A stretch of 58,131 bases of DNA from a virus (IMGVR_UViG_3300048011_000030:1-58131), one strand, 5' to 3'; shown: positions 1 through 10,571, numbered from the stretch's first letter. Notes: generated from the sequence alone by a model not told the origin. Made by a program: numbers and translations.

Positions 1-127
1 AACTTAAATTTTTAGGGCGTCCCTCCGGGGACGTCCCGCCTAGTAGGAGATACGAACATGGCAATTAAAATCGCAGGTACTACCGTTATAGACGACAGCC
101 GGAATATTAATATACAAACGGTTCAAG
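1..127 (+). repeat. 127-bp exact repeat of 57357..57483 (circularisation/assembly overlap)
   Basis: Identical base for base with 57357-57483, diverging at 128 (c) vs 57484 (t); 127 is a common assembler k-mer length. Confidence 0.95.
15..36 (+). other. GC-rich intergenic hairpin upstream of tail fibre (copy at 57371..57392)
   Basis: gggcgtccc-tccg-gggacgtcc, 9-bp stem with one G.T; no downstream T-tract, so not clearly an intrinsic terminator. Confidence 0.6.
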
Positions 128-3100
128 CAGAGGGCGGTAGCTTTACTTCAGGCGTAGATACAAACACTACTTCTGCATTAGTTGTCAATAAAGGAGATCA
201 AATCCTTGTTGATGATGGTAACTATTTACGTAACCTAATAAAGCAGGCCACAGGCAGTGACATTGAAATAGGTCAAACTGGTACATCCCTAATCACAGGT
301 ATTAACCTAATTCCAGGTAGTAGTGGCGGTAAAGCAAAGGTAACGGGCGTAGAGATTATTACTAAAGCAGGTAGTGGTCTAACTAAATCAAATGACACAC
401 TATCTCACGCTGACACATCTAGCCAAGCATCTGTGGACAACTCTAATGGCACAGTTATTCAAGATATTACTCTTGATGGGTATGGGCATATTACAAGTCT
501 GGCATCTGTTGACCTAGATAGCCGTTTTGTGAATATCACTGGCGATACTATGACGGGTGATTTGACTATTTCTTCTGCATCTCCTGAGATCAAACTAGTA
601 GATACTAATGGTTTTACTGATTCTGATGACAGAATGATCTTCCGTGCAGCCGATAACAATCTGCTGTGGCAGTGGTTTGATAACAGCGCCTCTTCCACCA
701 CTACATTGATGACACTTAACAATGTAGGTCAGCTTACTTTAGGCTCTAACACAGTATTTCACGATGGCTACCACCCCAATGCTGACGACGCAGATACTCT
801 GGACGGACAACACGGGAGTTACTATACAGGCTATACTGATACAGCTATTGCTAACTTGGTAGACAGTTCTCCTGGCACTCTAAACACTTTAAACGAGTTA
901 GCCGCAGCATTAAATGATGATGCTAACTTCTCTACTACTATAACTGATAGTATTGCGCTTAAACTACCACTAGCTGGCGGTACTATGACAGGTGACTTGA
1001 ATATGGGTGACAACAATGTCGTTGACATTGGTAAACTTAACTTCAACAACCACGAAGGTACTGACTACGGCGTAACTGGCGATGTTATGTTTGACGAGAA
1101 CTTTTATGGTGACACAGAGTATGGTTCTAATACCATCTGGTCTGGTGGTGAAGGTGGCGGTCTAGCTGTTCGTAACGAAGACGGTTGGGGTCGTATTATC
1201 ACTGACCGTAATATGCCATGGCTCACCGCGACCTTTCATGGTCTAAAGGTAGGCTCTAATACAGCCTTCCACGATGGCTACCACCCCAACGCAGACAAAT
1301 GGACTACCTCTAGAACACTGTCACTCTCTGGTGATGCTTCTGGCAGTGTAAGCTGGGATGGTTCAGCCAATGCTACTCTGAGTGTTACGGTTGCTGACAA
1401 CAGTCATGATCACGAATGGATTAACAGGGATAGCCCTAGTGACACGCCTGACTACGCACTTCAATATCTAAACACAAATGGTGTAACAACAGACAGCCCA
1501 ACAACAGACTGGTACAATATTATTCGTATGGGGCATGGTAACCCAAACACGTATTTTAACAATACCTTAGCTATGGCGATGACGGGTTCTAATGTCGGGG
1601 CTTTGTATGGTAGAACCAGAAGTAATGGCTCGGCAGGTTCTTGGAACCGTTTCTTTGCTGACAACTACCACCCTAATGCTGACAAGTGGACTACCGCTAG
1701 AACGCATACGGTGACACTGACGGGCGACGTCACAGGCACGGCGTCTCAGAGCGTTGACGGCACAGGTAACAAAACGTGGTCAATCAGCACAAACGTAGGT
1801 GACGCTGATACCGTTGATGGATACCATGGCAGTCGTTTCTTCCGTAGGCAGACAAAAACTAATGCTACAGTAGGTGCTGGCTGGATGACAGTTGCGACCT
1901 GTACCAGTGGTCGCCATTCAGGCGAGGTTATTGTTACAGACGCAGACAGTGGCGACCACGCCTATATCCGTATTGCTTGGATGCGGTCTTATGTAGACAG
2001 CAACTTCACAGTTATAAACACAGGTGGTCACGCAAACCGCATTACAGGTGCAAGGGTTCTATACCAGACATCTGATAATACATATGGCGTGAAGCTCTTA
2101 CAGGTCTATGTCACCACATCCTCTAACTATGAGGTAAATGTGTATGAGCTTGGCGATATTGCAGACTATGGTGTTCCAACAGCGGTTACTCCTGTAATTG
2201 AGAATTCCAAAACAGGCTATGCGGTGCATGGAAATGAACTCCTAGACCTAGATACTTACGGGTTCTCTGCTGAAGAAGGTGTCCAAGCTGGAGGTTTGAT
2301 AAGATCGGGATCGGGGTTTAAGGTAGGCTCCGACGATGTTTGGCACCAAGGAAACGATGGTTCAGGCTCAGGCTTAGATGCTGACCTGTTGGATGGTGTG
2401 CAGGGTAGTAGCTACCTACGAAGTGATGCAAGTGATAGCCACTCAGGTACTTTGACCCTTGATGTTGTTCAAGTTGGTAACGAGCTTAGACTGCCTAATA
2501 ATACAAGTTTAACAGATGTAAGTTTAACAGGTACATCTGACCAAGACACAGGCTTTAACTGGTCTGGCTCTAATGCTGTTAACTATGTTTCAGGGGGTGT
2601 GTTAAAGTACAACTTAAACGATGTATGGCACTCAGATAATGACGGTTCAGGCTCCGGCCTAGATGCTGATCTGCTGGATGGTGTACAGGGTAGTAGTTAC
2701 TTACGTAGTGATGCTAGTGACACCTTTACTACACTTTCGGGCACACAGCTTAACCTTGGCTCACAGGTACAGTTACAGGAAAGTACTGACCGTGCAGACT
2801 TACTACAGATCACATCGTCAACTTCTGGATGGGCTGGCTTGCAGATACGCAATAGCTCAAACGAGGGCCGCTGGTCATTTATGACTGATGGCGCAACGGC
2901 TGGTTTTTATGATGATGAAAACAACGAATGGGCTGTGCAGATGGCGGAGAACGGTGGAGTTACGCTCTACCACAATAATGTCGCTAACTTCACCACAGGT
3001 GCGACCTACATGGAAATGGCTCGCAACCTAGACATGAATAACTATGACATCCGCGGCGTAGATCAAATCTTCCACCACGGTGACACAAATACATACATGC

Positions 3101-4299
3101 AGTTCCACGCAGCAGACCAGTGGCGAGTTGTAACTGGTGGTTCAGAACGCTTAGAAGTAAACAACTCACAGATTACTTCTACTGAGCCTATTCATGCACC
3201 TAGCTTTCATGGTAGTGGCTCTAGTTTAACAGGTGTCGTGTTAAATTCTGGCGACACTATGACTGGGCCTCTAGTCATTGATACAGACAACAACTCTGGT
3301 GGCGGCTTACGGCTTACGGTAAACCAAACAAGCCCTAACCAAGACTTTTACTTTGCTCAAGAAATAGTTACTAACCTTACGGGCTCAACTGCTACCACTG
3401 GTGACAGAGAGCAAGGAGGTATATATCTAGACCTCAACAGTACAGCTACAGGTGGTGATATTAGCAATGAACACCGTGTTTATGGTGCTTATCTTGACGT
3501 ATATTCTACTGGCGATGCTGATTTAGTGTGTGGCGTTTACGCTCCTACTTACGCTGCACCAACCGAAGGAACTACTGGTCAGGTTATGGGTGGTTACTTT
3601 CTTGCATCAGACTACGGTGGTGCAGGTAATGTTACTTGGGTGAGAGGAATTGACGTAAGGGCACAGGCTGATAACAGCGGTTCTTCCCCTGCTATTGTGG
3701 AAGGTGGAAATTTTGAAGTCAGGGTCCTTAGTGACGCTGATAGTGTAGGTCAAATTTATGGCGTTAAAAGCAAGATTAAGTTTGATAGTGGAGGGGGGAC
3801 AAAACAATCCACCAGCAACCCCAGTTATGCCTTTCATGCTAGATACGAAAACAGCACTGGAGTATCACAAGGGAATAATAGTTACTTGTACTACGGCTCA
3901 GACTCCGGCGTGAGAAGTCCAAATGCTTACGGGGTTTTTATTTCAGGTGATTTAGATAACTACTTTGGGGGTAAAGTAACTGCGAATAGCTTTGTTGGTG
4001 ATGGCTCTGCTTTAACTAATTTGCCTTCAGGCTCAACAACCTACGGTGCTGTCGGGACTTATGCCTATCTTTGGAGAGACAATGCAGGAACAGTGCTTGG
4101 TTCAACACACGCTGGATCAACTTTGTTTTATGCTGTAACTAATGATGATAATACCACTGGCGCGGCAGCTAATGCCTATAAGGGGACTGGGATAGTACGT
4201 TCTTCTATTAGCCCCTCTGGCACTTGGCAAGCTATGGGTAGTGCGGGAACATACTCTACAGCTTACGGGCAAGCAACACTATATGTGAGGATATCATAA
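58..4299 (+). CDS. Long modular tail fibre / receptor-binding protein (1413 aa)
   Basis: RBS aggaga; Gly/Ser/Thr/Asp-rich; repeats FHDGYHPNAD(KWTT), GSGSGLDADLLDG, GDTMTG, TLNTLNELAAAL typical of marine phage fibres; followed by a chaperone-like gene. Confidence 0.88.
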   Translation: MAIKIAGTTVIDDSRNINIQTVQAEGGSFTSGVDTNTTSALVVNKGDQILVDDGNYLRNLIKQATGSDIEIGQTGTSLITGINLIPGSSGGKAKVTGVEIITKAGSGLTKSNDTLSHADTSSQASVDNSNGTVIQDITLDGYGHITSLASVDLDSRFVNITGDTMTGDLTISSASPEIKLVDTNGFTDSDDRMIFRAADNNLLWQWFDNSASSTTTLMTLNNVGQLTLGSNTVFHDGYHPNADDADTLDGQHGSYYTGYTDTAIANLVDSSPGTLNTLNELAAALNDDANFSTTITDSIALKLPLAGGTMTGDLNMGDNNVVDIGKLNFNNHEGTDYGVTGDVMFDENFYGDTEYGSNTIWSGGEGGGLAVRNEDGWGRIITDRNMPWLTATFHGLKVGSNTAFHDGYHPNADKWTTSRTLSLSGDASGSVSWDGSANATLSVTVADNSHDHEWINRDSPSDTPDYALQYLNTNGVTTDSPTTDWYNIIRMGHGNPNTYFNNTLAMAMTGSNVGALYGRTRSNGSAGSWNRFFADNYHPNADKWTTARTHTVTLTGDVTGTASQSVDGTGNKTWSISTNVGDADTVDGYHGSRFFRRQTKTNATVGAGWMTVATCTSGRHSGEVIVTDADSGDHAYIRIAWMRSYVDSNFTVINTGGHANRITGARVLYQTSDNTYGVKLLQVYVTTSSNYEVNVYELGDIADYGVPTAVTPVIENSKTGYAVHGNELLDLDTYGFSAEEGVQAGGLIRSGSGFKVGSDDVWHQGNDGSGSGLDADLLDGVQGSSYLRSDASDSHSGTLTLDVVQVGNELRLPNNTSLTDVSLTGTSDQDTGFNWSGSNAVNYVSGGVLKYNLNDVWHSDNDGSGSGLDADLLDGVQGSSYLRSDASDTFTTLSGTQLNLGSQVQLQESTDRADLLQITSSTSGWAGLQIRNSSNEGRWSFMTDGATAGFYDDENNEWAVQMAENGGVTLYHNNVANFTTGATYMEMARNLDMNNYDIRGVDQIFHHGDTNTYMQFHAADQWRVVTGGSERLEVNNSQITSTEPIHAPSFHGSGSSLTGVVLNSGDTMTGPLVIDTDNNSGGGLRLTVNQTSPNQDFYFAQEIVTNLTGSTATTGDREQGGIYLDLNSTATGGDISNEHRVYGAYLDVYSTGDADLVCGVYAPTYAAPTEGTTGQVMGGYFLASDYGGAGNVTWVRGIDVRAQADNSGSSPAIVEGGNFEVRVLSDADSVGQIYGVKSKIKFDSGGGTKQSTSNPSYAFHARYENSTGVSQGNNSYLYYGSDSGVRSPNAYGVFISGDLDNYFGGKVTANSFVGDGSALTNLPSGSTTYGAVGTYAYLWRDNAGTVLGSTHAGSTLFYAVTNDDNTTGAAANAYKGTGIVRSSISPSGTWQAMGSAGTYSTAYGQATLYVRIS

Positions 4300-4709
4300 T
4301 GAGCATTACAATAATAGAAGCCCGCAATGCGGCATCACTTCAAGCTGACAACCTTCGTATGGATGTAGAGATTAACCACCCACAGCACGGCTGGATACCC
4401 TACACACTAGACTCCGCTGATACGGACACAACCATAGACAACGATGCAGTCATGGCTCTGATTGGTACAGACTTTACAGCATATGTTGCACCTACTCAAG
4501 CAGAGTTAGATGCAGCGGCAGCGGCAGATGTCCGTGCTGATCGAGATGGACGCCTACTTGAAGTAGATGCTATTGCAGGTAATGCACTTCGCTGGGCTGC
4601 ACTTGATGCTGACACACAGGCAGCATGGGCCACATACCGCCAAGCACTCTTAGATGTACCACAGCAAGAGGGCTTTCCTGACAATGTTACGTGGCCTACT
4701 AAACCTTAA
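4299..4709 (+). CDS. Tail fibre assembly chaperone
   Basis: C-terminal WATYRQALLDVPQQEGFPDNVTWPTKP motif; translationally coupled (TAATG) to the fibre gene. Confidence 0.82.
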   Translation: MSITIIEARNAASLQADNLRMDVEINHPQHGWIPYTLDSADTDTTIDNDAVMALIGTDFTAYVAPTQAELDAAAAADVRADRDGRLLEVDAIAGNALRWAALDADTQAAWATYRQALLDVPQQEGFPDNVTWPTKP

Positions 4710-4739
4710 TAACTTAAACAAAACTTAAAGGAGAATAAA

Positions 4740-4961
4740 ATGGAAAAGAAACAAACACAATCCATTACTATTAACGACAAAGAATACACTGCAGACCAAC
4801 TTACAGATAAGCAAAAGGTGCTGATTAGCCACTTATCTGATTTAGATCGTAAGATTGGTTCTACTAAATTTAACTTAGATCAACTACAAGTTGGTCGAGA
4901 TACCTTTGCTAAAATGCTGGAGGAAGATTTAGAGGTTCCTGAAGCAGAAGAGGCGGCATAG
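4740..4961 (+). CDS. Hypothetical small coiled-coil protein (73 aa)
   Basis: RBS aaggag; plausible composition. Confidence 0.75.
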   Translation: MEKKQTQSITINDKEYTADQLTDKQKVLISHLSDLDRKIGSTKFNLDQLQVGRDTFAKMLEEDLEVPEAEEAA

Positions 4962-4987
4962 TCCCCTATTAAAAGGAGAAACCTAAA

Positions 4988-5041
4988 ATGGCTATTCAAA
5001 ATAACATTGCAGAATGCAACAGCCGTTTAACAATTCTCTAA
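4988..5041 (+). pseudogene. Probable truncated gene remnant (MAIQNNIAECNSRLTIL*)
   Basis: Strong RBS aaaaggag plus ATG, but the ORF stops after 17 codons inside the phage promoter motif preceding nrdJ. Confidence 0.45.
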
Positions 5042-5054
5042 GTTCCTTATAGGG
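5033..5054 (+). promoter_or_regulatory. Putative phage RNAP promoter, T7-like class (copy 1, before nrdJ)
   Basis: attctctaagttccttataggg; five near-identical intergenic copies ending TATAG(G/A)G like T7-type promoters. Confidence 0.8.
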
Positions 5055-5071
5055 GGGTCTTCGGATCCCCC
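5052..5071 (+). other. 5' leader hairpin with C(UUCG)G tetraloop
   Basis: ggggggtc-ttcg-gatccccc beginning at the predicted +1 G of the promoter. Confidence 0.65.
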
Positions 5072-5111
5072 TTCGGATTAATTAACACATAACAATATCA
5101 CGAGGATATAC

Positions 5112-6866
5112 ATGCGCAACATTACTTATGAGGGTCCATCTACTCCCTTGTCTCAAGAATTAGATGAAATGAAGTACAGACAAAAGGGAGAGACCTTTGA
5201 TGGTAAAGTTAAGCGCATTGCACGATCATTGTGTGATAGTGTGGAACACCAATGGATTCTAGAAGACATCATTGGTCTACAACGATTCCTTCCAGCTGGT
5301 AGAGTACAGTCTGCGATGGGTGCAGGTAAGCTTGTTACTGCTTACAACTGTTTTGTATCAGGTGATATTAAAGATAGTATGGATTCTATTATGGATCGTG
5401 CTAAAGAAGCAGCAGAAACAATGCGAAGAGGAGGTGGTATAGGTTATGATTTCTCTAAAGTACGCCCTAGAGGTACTCAAATCAAGTCATTGGAGAGCCA
5501 AGCCAGTGGGCCTATCTCTTTTATGTCTATCTTTGACGCAGTATGTCAAACAATTAGTAGTTCCGGTCATAGGCGCGGGGCGCAAATGGGCGTACTCCGT
5601 ATTGACCATCCGGATATCGTTGATTTCATTACTGCTAAACGTAATTCTGATAAGCTTACTGGTTTCAACATATCGCTAGGAATTACTGATAAGTTTATGG
5701 AAGCTCTTACTAAAGAAGATGACAGTTTTGATTTAGTGTTTGATGGCATTGTACATGAAACAGTCTCTGCAAAGGAAATCTGGGATTTAGCAATGGAGTC
5801 TACATGGGATTGGGCTGAGCCTGGTGTTCTATTTGTTGATCGTATTCAAGAGATGAATAATCTATACTACTGTGAGGACATTAGTGCTACTAACCCATGT
5901 GGTGAACAGCCCTTGCCTCCTTATGGTGCTTGCTTACTAGGCTCTTTTAACTGCACTAAATACACAATTAAAAATAAAAATGGTAAATACACATTCGACT
6001 TTGCTCAATTTAAAGAAGACATCCCACACGTTGTTCGTGCTATGGATAACGTTGTTGATCGTACTATCTACCCACTTCGGGAGCAAGAAGATGAAGCAAA
6101 GAATAAGCGGAGAATGGGACTCGGCGTTACAGGTCTTGCTAATGCAGGCGAGATGCTTGGATTCGAGTATGGTTCTAAGCCGTTCCTGCGATGGATGGAA
6201 AAAGTCTTTGCATGTCTTAGAGACAACACTTACTACGCCTCAGCAAAACTTGCAGAAGAAAAAGGAGCATTCCCCCTGTATCGTGAAGATTACCTAAAGG
6301 GTAACTTCATCCGTACACTTCCAGCATTTGTACAAAAGGAGATCCGAAAGCATGGTATTAGGAACAGTCACCTCACGTCTATTGCACCTACTGGGACAAT
6401 CTCCCTTGTGGCGGATAACATCAGTGGTGGAATCGAACCAGTCTTTTCACATTCATATGAGCGTACCATCCAGACTTTTGACGGTCCACGCTATGAGGAC
6501 GTTAAGGACTACGCCTTTGCACGAGGAGTTGAAGGACGAAAGGCAGATGACATTTCAGTTCATGAACACTTAGCTGTCCTTACTTTGGCTCAACACTACG
6601 TTGACAGTGCTTGCTCTAAAACTTGTAATGTGGGAGATGATGTTAGTTACGATGATTTCAAACGTGTTTACGAAACGGCATGGAAAGAGGGAGCCAAGGG
6701 CTGTACCACATTTAGGATCTCTGGAAAACGCTACGGAATCTTCAATGAGACCGTGGAAAAAGAAACGGAGATTGAGGGCCAGGTTGAAGGTATTACAGAG
6801 ACGGACGGAGCGAAAGCGGAGGCGTGTTTTTTTGACCCGAATACTGGGCAGCGCGAGTGCTCGTGA
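5112..6866 (+). CDS. nrdJ: Ribonucleotide reductase, class II (adenosylcobalamin-dependent)
   Basis: YNCFV, RRGAQM, TNPCGEQ, IAPTGTIS, C-terminal Cys pair; no NrdB beta subunit recognised in the genome. Confidence 0.88.
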   Translation: MRNITYEGPSTPLSQELDEMKYRQKGETFDGKVKRIARSLCDSVEHQWILEDIIGLQRFLPAGRVQSAMGAGKLVTAYNCFVSGDIKDSMDSIMDRAKEAAETMRRGGGIGYDFSKVRPRGTQIKSLESQASGPISFMSIFDAVCQTISSSGHRRGAQMGVLRIDHPDIVDFITAKRNSDKLTGFNISLGITDKFMEALTKEDDSFDLVFDGIVHETVSAKEIWDLAMESTWDWAEPGVLFVDRIQEMNNLYYCEDISATNPCGEQPLPPYGACLLGSFNCTKYTIKNKNGKYTFDFAQFKEDIPHVVRAMDNVVDRTIYPLREQEDEAKNKRRMGLGVTGLANAGEMLGFEYGSKPFLRWMEKVFACLRDNTYYASAKLAEEKGAFPLYREDYLKGNFIRTLPAFVQKEIRKHGIRNSHLTSIAPTGTISLVADNISGGIEPVFSHSYERTIQTFDGPRYEDVKDYAFARGVEGRKADDISVHEHLAVLTLAQHYVDSACSKTCNVGDDVSYDDFKRVYETAWKEGAKGCTTFRISGKRYGIFNETVEKETEIEGQVEGITETDGAKAEACFFDPNTGQRECS

Positions 6867-6893
6867 GTTATTAGATTAAAATAGGAGGTAGCG

Positions 6894-8648
6894 ATGCCAC
6901 AACAGATTATACCAATCACAGATCTAGCATCAGCAGGTCTTGTGCAAGATACTCCTGCAGTATCGCTACCACCTAATGTCTTTTCAGATGTACACAATGT
7001 TCGCTTTAGGGATGGGGCTGTTAAACGGTTCCCATCTGATGTTGATAAGCTAACATCACTTACAAACGTTGTGTACGTTGCGTACTGGCCTTCAACACTT
7101 GGAGATCGATATGTAGTTATTACAGACAACGGATCTAATACAGTGTTCACAGTATACAACGATAGTTTCTCTGTTGTATCAGCACAAGGTGGTACTAACA
7201 CTGGGGTAACTGGTGGTAGCTGGCAACATACTTTGTTTAATGGTGGTTATCATATTATTTTTAACAATGGTAACTCTACACCTGTCTTCTTGCAAGATGA
7301 TCTGGTGGGTGTTACACCTTTACCTGGATGGGATTCCTATGCAGTTGAGGAAGAGATTACTTCTTTTGAACATGATGGTTCTTCTGGATCTACTGAGATC
7401 AAGAACACGGTGCTGGTAAATCCAGGTGCGGGTAATACCATCTCAATTAAGATAACTGCAATACCTCGGAACACATCTAGCCCAATCCACACAGAGACAG
7501 TCACTGTTGACTCATCCGGAGTTGTATCACCAGATGCCACATTGGCAGACATTGGAACGATTACACAAGTTGACTTTAGTAATAATAAATTCTTCTTTGT
7601 ACCTGAGACATCTTCAGGAGGTTCTGTATATAAGGTGTCTGTAACTACTATCCCAATCACAGCAGTAACAGCAGGTGTTGTAAGGTCTTATGGAAACCTC
7701 TTAGTTGCAGGTAACCTAAAAGAAACGGGTGGTCGTACACTCACAGGCACCATACGTACCTCTGATGTTGCTGGGCCAGGCGCTATCCCTGAGAATTGGA
7801 ACCCCTTTAAGAATGGTGCTAATACAGCAGATGAGTTTATCTTAGCAGCTACAGGAACTATTAAAGACATGGAGGAGCTTCAAGGAGTTCTCTATGTATA
7901 CACAGATTCTTCTATACACTCTGTTCAACAAACCGGATCACCTTTCGTACCATTCCAAATATCACCAGTAACAAATAACTATGGAGTTAATAATACAGGT
8001 GGTGTTATAGAGGTAGATGGTAAACATATTGTATATGGAAGTAACGACTGCTACGTATTCAGTGGTCATCCAGGATCCATATCTTCAATAGCTGATGGTA
8101 GGGTTAGGGGTTTCTTTAGGAATAACACTAATATTAAAGCTGTTAGATTTAATAAATATGATGAGGTTTGGTTCTGGTCTAGTACAACTGTGTATGTGTG
8201 GAACTATCGTAATAATGTGTGGACTAAACGAGACTTACCTACAGGTACAAACTCGATGTCTGCTATTAGAGGAGACCTTCTTCTTTCAGCACCTACAAAA
8301 CTTGTTGGTGTAGATGGAAGTTCATTCCTATCAGGGGCTGTACTAGAGCGTAAACGCATGGCAATCACCCCTGAGTTTGACACTGAGAGTGTGTCGGGTA
8401 TGGTTCTGTTGTTTGATGGATCTTCTAAAGCCAATATTAAGTATGATGGTGTAGATAAGGTTGGGGAGGCAGTTGATTTTACAACTAGACCTGCAATACC
8501 TTTTGATACTACCCTAGATTATAAAGCGGATGTTAGGATTAATGGTCGCTTCTTAAACTACAGGATTGAAAGCCAGTCAAATGAAACAACCCTTGATTGG
8601 AATCTCACAGGATATCAAATTCAAATAAGTAAGGGAGGTCGCAGGTAA
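6894..8648 (+). CDS. Tail nozzle / tubular protein B (P22 gp10-like stabilisation protein)
   Basis: Beta-rich 584 aa; N-terminal GLVQDTP...HNVRFRDG pattern; position before internal virion genes. Confidence 0.65.
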   Translation: MPQQIIPITDLASAGLVQDTPAVSLPPNVFSDVHNVRFRDGAVKRFPSDVDKLTSLTNVVYVAYWPSTLGDRYVVITDNGSNTVFTVYNDSFSVVSAQGGTNTGVTGGSWQHTLFNGGYHIIFNNGNSTPVFLQDDLVGVTPLPGWDSYAVEEEITSFEHDGSSGSTEIKNTVLVNPGAGNTISIKITAIPRNTSSPIHTETVTVDSSGVVSPDATLADIGTITQVDFSNNKFFFVPETSSGGSVYKVSVTTIPITAVTAGVVRSYGNLLVAGNLKETGGRTLTGTIRTSDVAGPGAIPENWNPFKNGANTADEFILAATGTIKDMEELQGVLYVYTDSSIHSVQQTGSPFVPFQISPVTNNYGVNNTGGVIEVDGKHIVYGSNDCYVFSGHPGSISSIADGRVRGFFRNNTNIKAVRFNKYDEVWFWSSTTVYVWNYRNNVWTKRDLPTGTNSMSAIRGDLLLSAPTKLVGVDGSSFLSGAVLERKRMAITPEFDTESVSGMVLLFDGSSKANIKYDGVDKVGEAVDFTTRPAIPFDTTLDYKADVRINGRFLNYRIESQSNETTLDWNLTGYQIQISKGGRR

Positions 8649-9436
8649 TGTCTATTATCCGACCACCCTATACCGGAGACCCTGTTTTAGATTCTTGGAC
8701 AAATCAAATAACACAAGCCCTTAATATGGGACTCCTACCAGGTGTTAACGCAAGTGGTGCTGGAATAGGTGGGGGTACGGGGTCAGATGGTGCCAATGGT
8801 AACATAACTCTGTTCCTATACAAACGCACAGCTAATGACACTGTTCCACCTGCACCTAGTTTTGTGACTTATGACTACTCCAACTTGGATAATGTAACAA
8901 TAACATCAAACAATGGGTGGACAGGGACTGTACCATCAGATGATGCTAGTTACCTATGGGTTACATTTAGGTATGTGTCTGAAACTGAGGGTACCATAAC
9001 GAGTTCGAACACTTGGCAAACCCCCGTTATTCTTTCACAGGATGGGTCTTCTGCTTTGAGTGTATATATAACTACAGACTCTGGGACGGTGTTTAAGAAT
9101 GCCGTGGGTACCCCAAAGACATTAACGGCTAATGTTAATCTTGGAGGTGTAACCCCAACAACTACAGACTATAATGGTTATGATTATGACTGGACCTATG
9201 AAGGTAATACTGTTTGCCTAACCAATGATGGGAGTAGGACTGTCCTCTCAACCAACGGGGTACCTAATACCGTAAATGGTTCTGGAGTTTGTGCCATTGG
9301 TGTTCCAGCAAACTCAGAAGATTCGGCTGCGATAACTGCATCTTTAAACACAGGAGTTCTTAGACGTATTGTGCTAGGTCCTGAAGATGTAACAACACAA
9401 GTGAGATTAGCAGTTTCTGTTAAAATAGGAGAATAA
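8648..9436 (+). CDS. Virion appendage protein A (C-terminal Ig-like domain)
   Basis: Beta-rich; C-terminal ~130 aa paralogous to the C-terminus of the next ORF (SGTVFKN..G..KTLTANV...EDVTTQ). Confidence 0.7.
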   Translation: MSIIRPPYTGDPVLDSWTNQITQALNMGLLPGVNASGAGIGGGTGSDGANGNITLFLYKRTANDTVPPAPSFVTYDYSNLDNVTITSNNGWTGTVPSDDASYLWVTFRYVSETEGTITSSNTWQTPVILSQDGSSALSVYITTDSGTVFKNAVGTPKTLTANVNLGGVTPTTTDYNGYDYDWTYEGNTVCLTNDGSRTVLSTNGVPNTVNGSGVCAIGVPANSEDSAAITASLNTGVLRRIVLGPEDVTTQVRLAVSVKIGE

Positions 9437-9437
9437 T

Positions 9438-10571
9438 ATGGCACGGGTAGCCTCTAATGAAATTACAATTACCGATATTTCGGACGGTACAAATCCGATT
9501 ACAGCGTTCACAACTAACGCTAACCACACATTTGCTGCTGCAGCTAATGGTACAGTCTCTAACGTTGCTGGATTTACATCTACCTTAATTGTATTCGTAG
9601 GTCAAACACAAGCATCTTATGTCGCTACCATTGGCTCTACACCAGAAACATTTTCAATCACCAATATAGCATACGTAGGTTCATCAACTGGTTGGGGAAC
9701 CCCATCTAACGCTAGTGGTACTATTACAATCCCATCTGTTTCAGCAACAGCTGCAATCAGTGTCACTCTACGACTAACATTCAGTGTGGTGCCAACATCT
9801 ACAACAACACCTGTTACTGGTCTTACACAAGACATTACTTTGTCTGTTGTTAAAGAGGGGGCTGGTGGTCAGGTTATTGAGATTGTACCATCATCACAGA
9901 CCTTCTTTGCGAACTCCTCAGGTACTCTTAATGCTAGTCAGACTAATATTATTTTAGGTATTGAGTCTCAAGGTACTACAGGTAACATCACATTAGCTAC
10001 TTCTATTAACGGTGCTGCATTCACTACTCAAACCACTACGAGCACTGCTCAAGGTGGTATTGCTTTCTACGATGCTGATACTTCGGGTACTGTGGAAACT
10101 ACAGGTACCTTCCCAGTTACACAGAATGGTATTGCTCGCCTAGCTATTGCTCAAACAAACTTAGGGAATACTGGTAATACGTTAACAGTTAAAGTAACAG
10201 GTGCCACTGGTGGTTCAGATGCTCTTACTGTGTTTAAAGTTCAAGAAGGTGCGGCTGGTACTGGTGCTATTATCGTGTCGGTAACATCTAGTGACGGGAC
10301 GGTGTTTAAAAATAGTGCAGGAACAGCTAAGACTTTGACAGCTAATGTAACAGATGTTGATACGGGTGTTGCACCAAGCACAAGTATAACATACACCTGG
10401 ACACGGGCCAATGGTGCAGCAGTTCGTGTTACCTCCATATCTGATCGGACTGTCATTTCAACAGGTGGTGTGTTAGCCTCAGGTACAGGGTTTCCAGACA
10501 TTATTGTAGGGGTTGAAGATGTAACAACACAAGAGCGTTTCGGAGTCTCTGTAAGTGTGGCTGATACTTAA
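9438..10571 (+). CDS. Virion appendage protein B (Ig-like, Thr/Gly/Ser-rich)
   Basis: RBS aggaga; N-terminus shared with the next ORF, C-terminus shared with the previous ORF. Confidence 0.7.
   Translation: MARVASNEITITDISDGTNPITAFTTNANHTFAAAANGTVSNVAGFTSTLIVFVGQTQASYVATIGSTPETFSITNIAYVGSSTGWGTPSNASGTITIPSVSATAAISVTLRLTFSVVPTSTTTPVTGLTQDITLSVVKEGAGGQVIEIVPSSQTFFANSSGTLNASQTNIILGIESQGTTGNITLATSINGAAFTTQTTTSTAQGGIAFYDADTSGTVETTGTFPVTQNGIARLAIAQTNLGNTGNTLTVKVTGATGGSDALTVFKVQEGAAGTGAIIVSVTSSDGTVFKNSAGTAKTLTANVTDVDTGVAPSTSITYTWTRANGAAVRVTSISDRTVISTGGVLASGTGFPDIIVGVEDVTTQERFGVSVSVADT

Noticed and set aside
1-127. 127-bp repeat as the phage's direct terminal repeat
   Set aside because: Its length equals a standard assembly k-mer, the second copy is not at the contig end, and it runs into a tail gene; better terminus candidates lie near 42 kb
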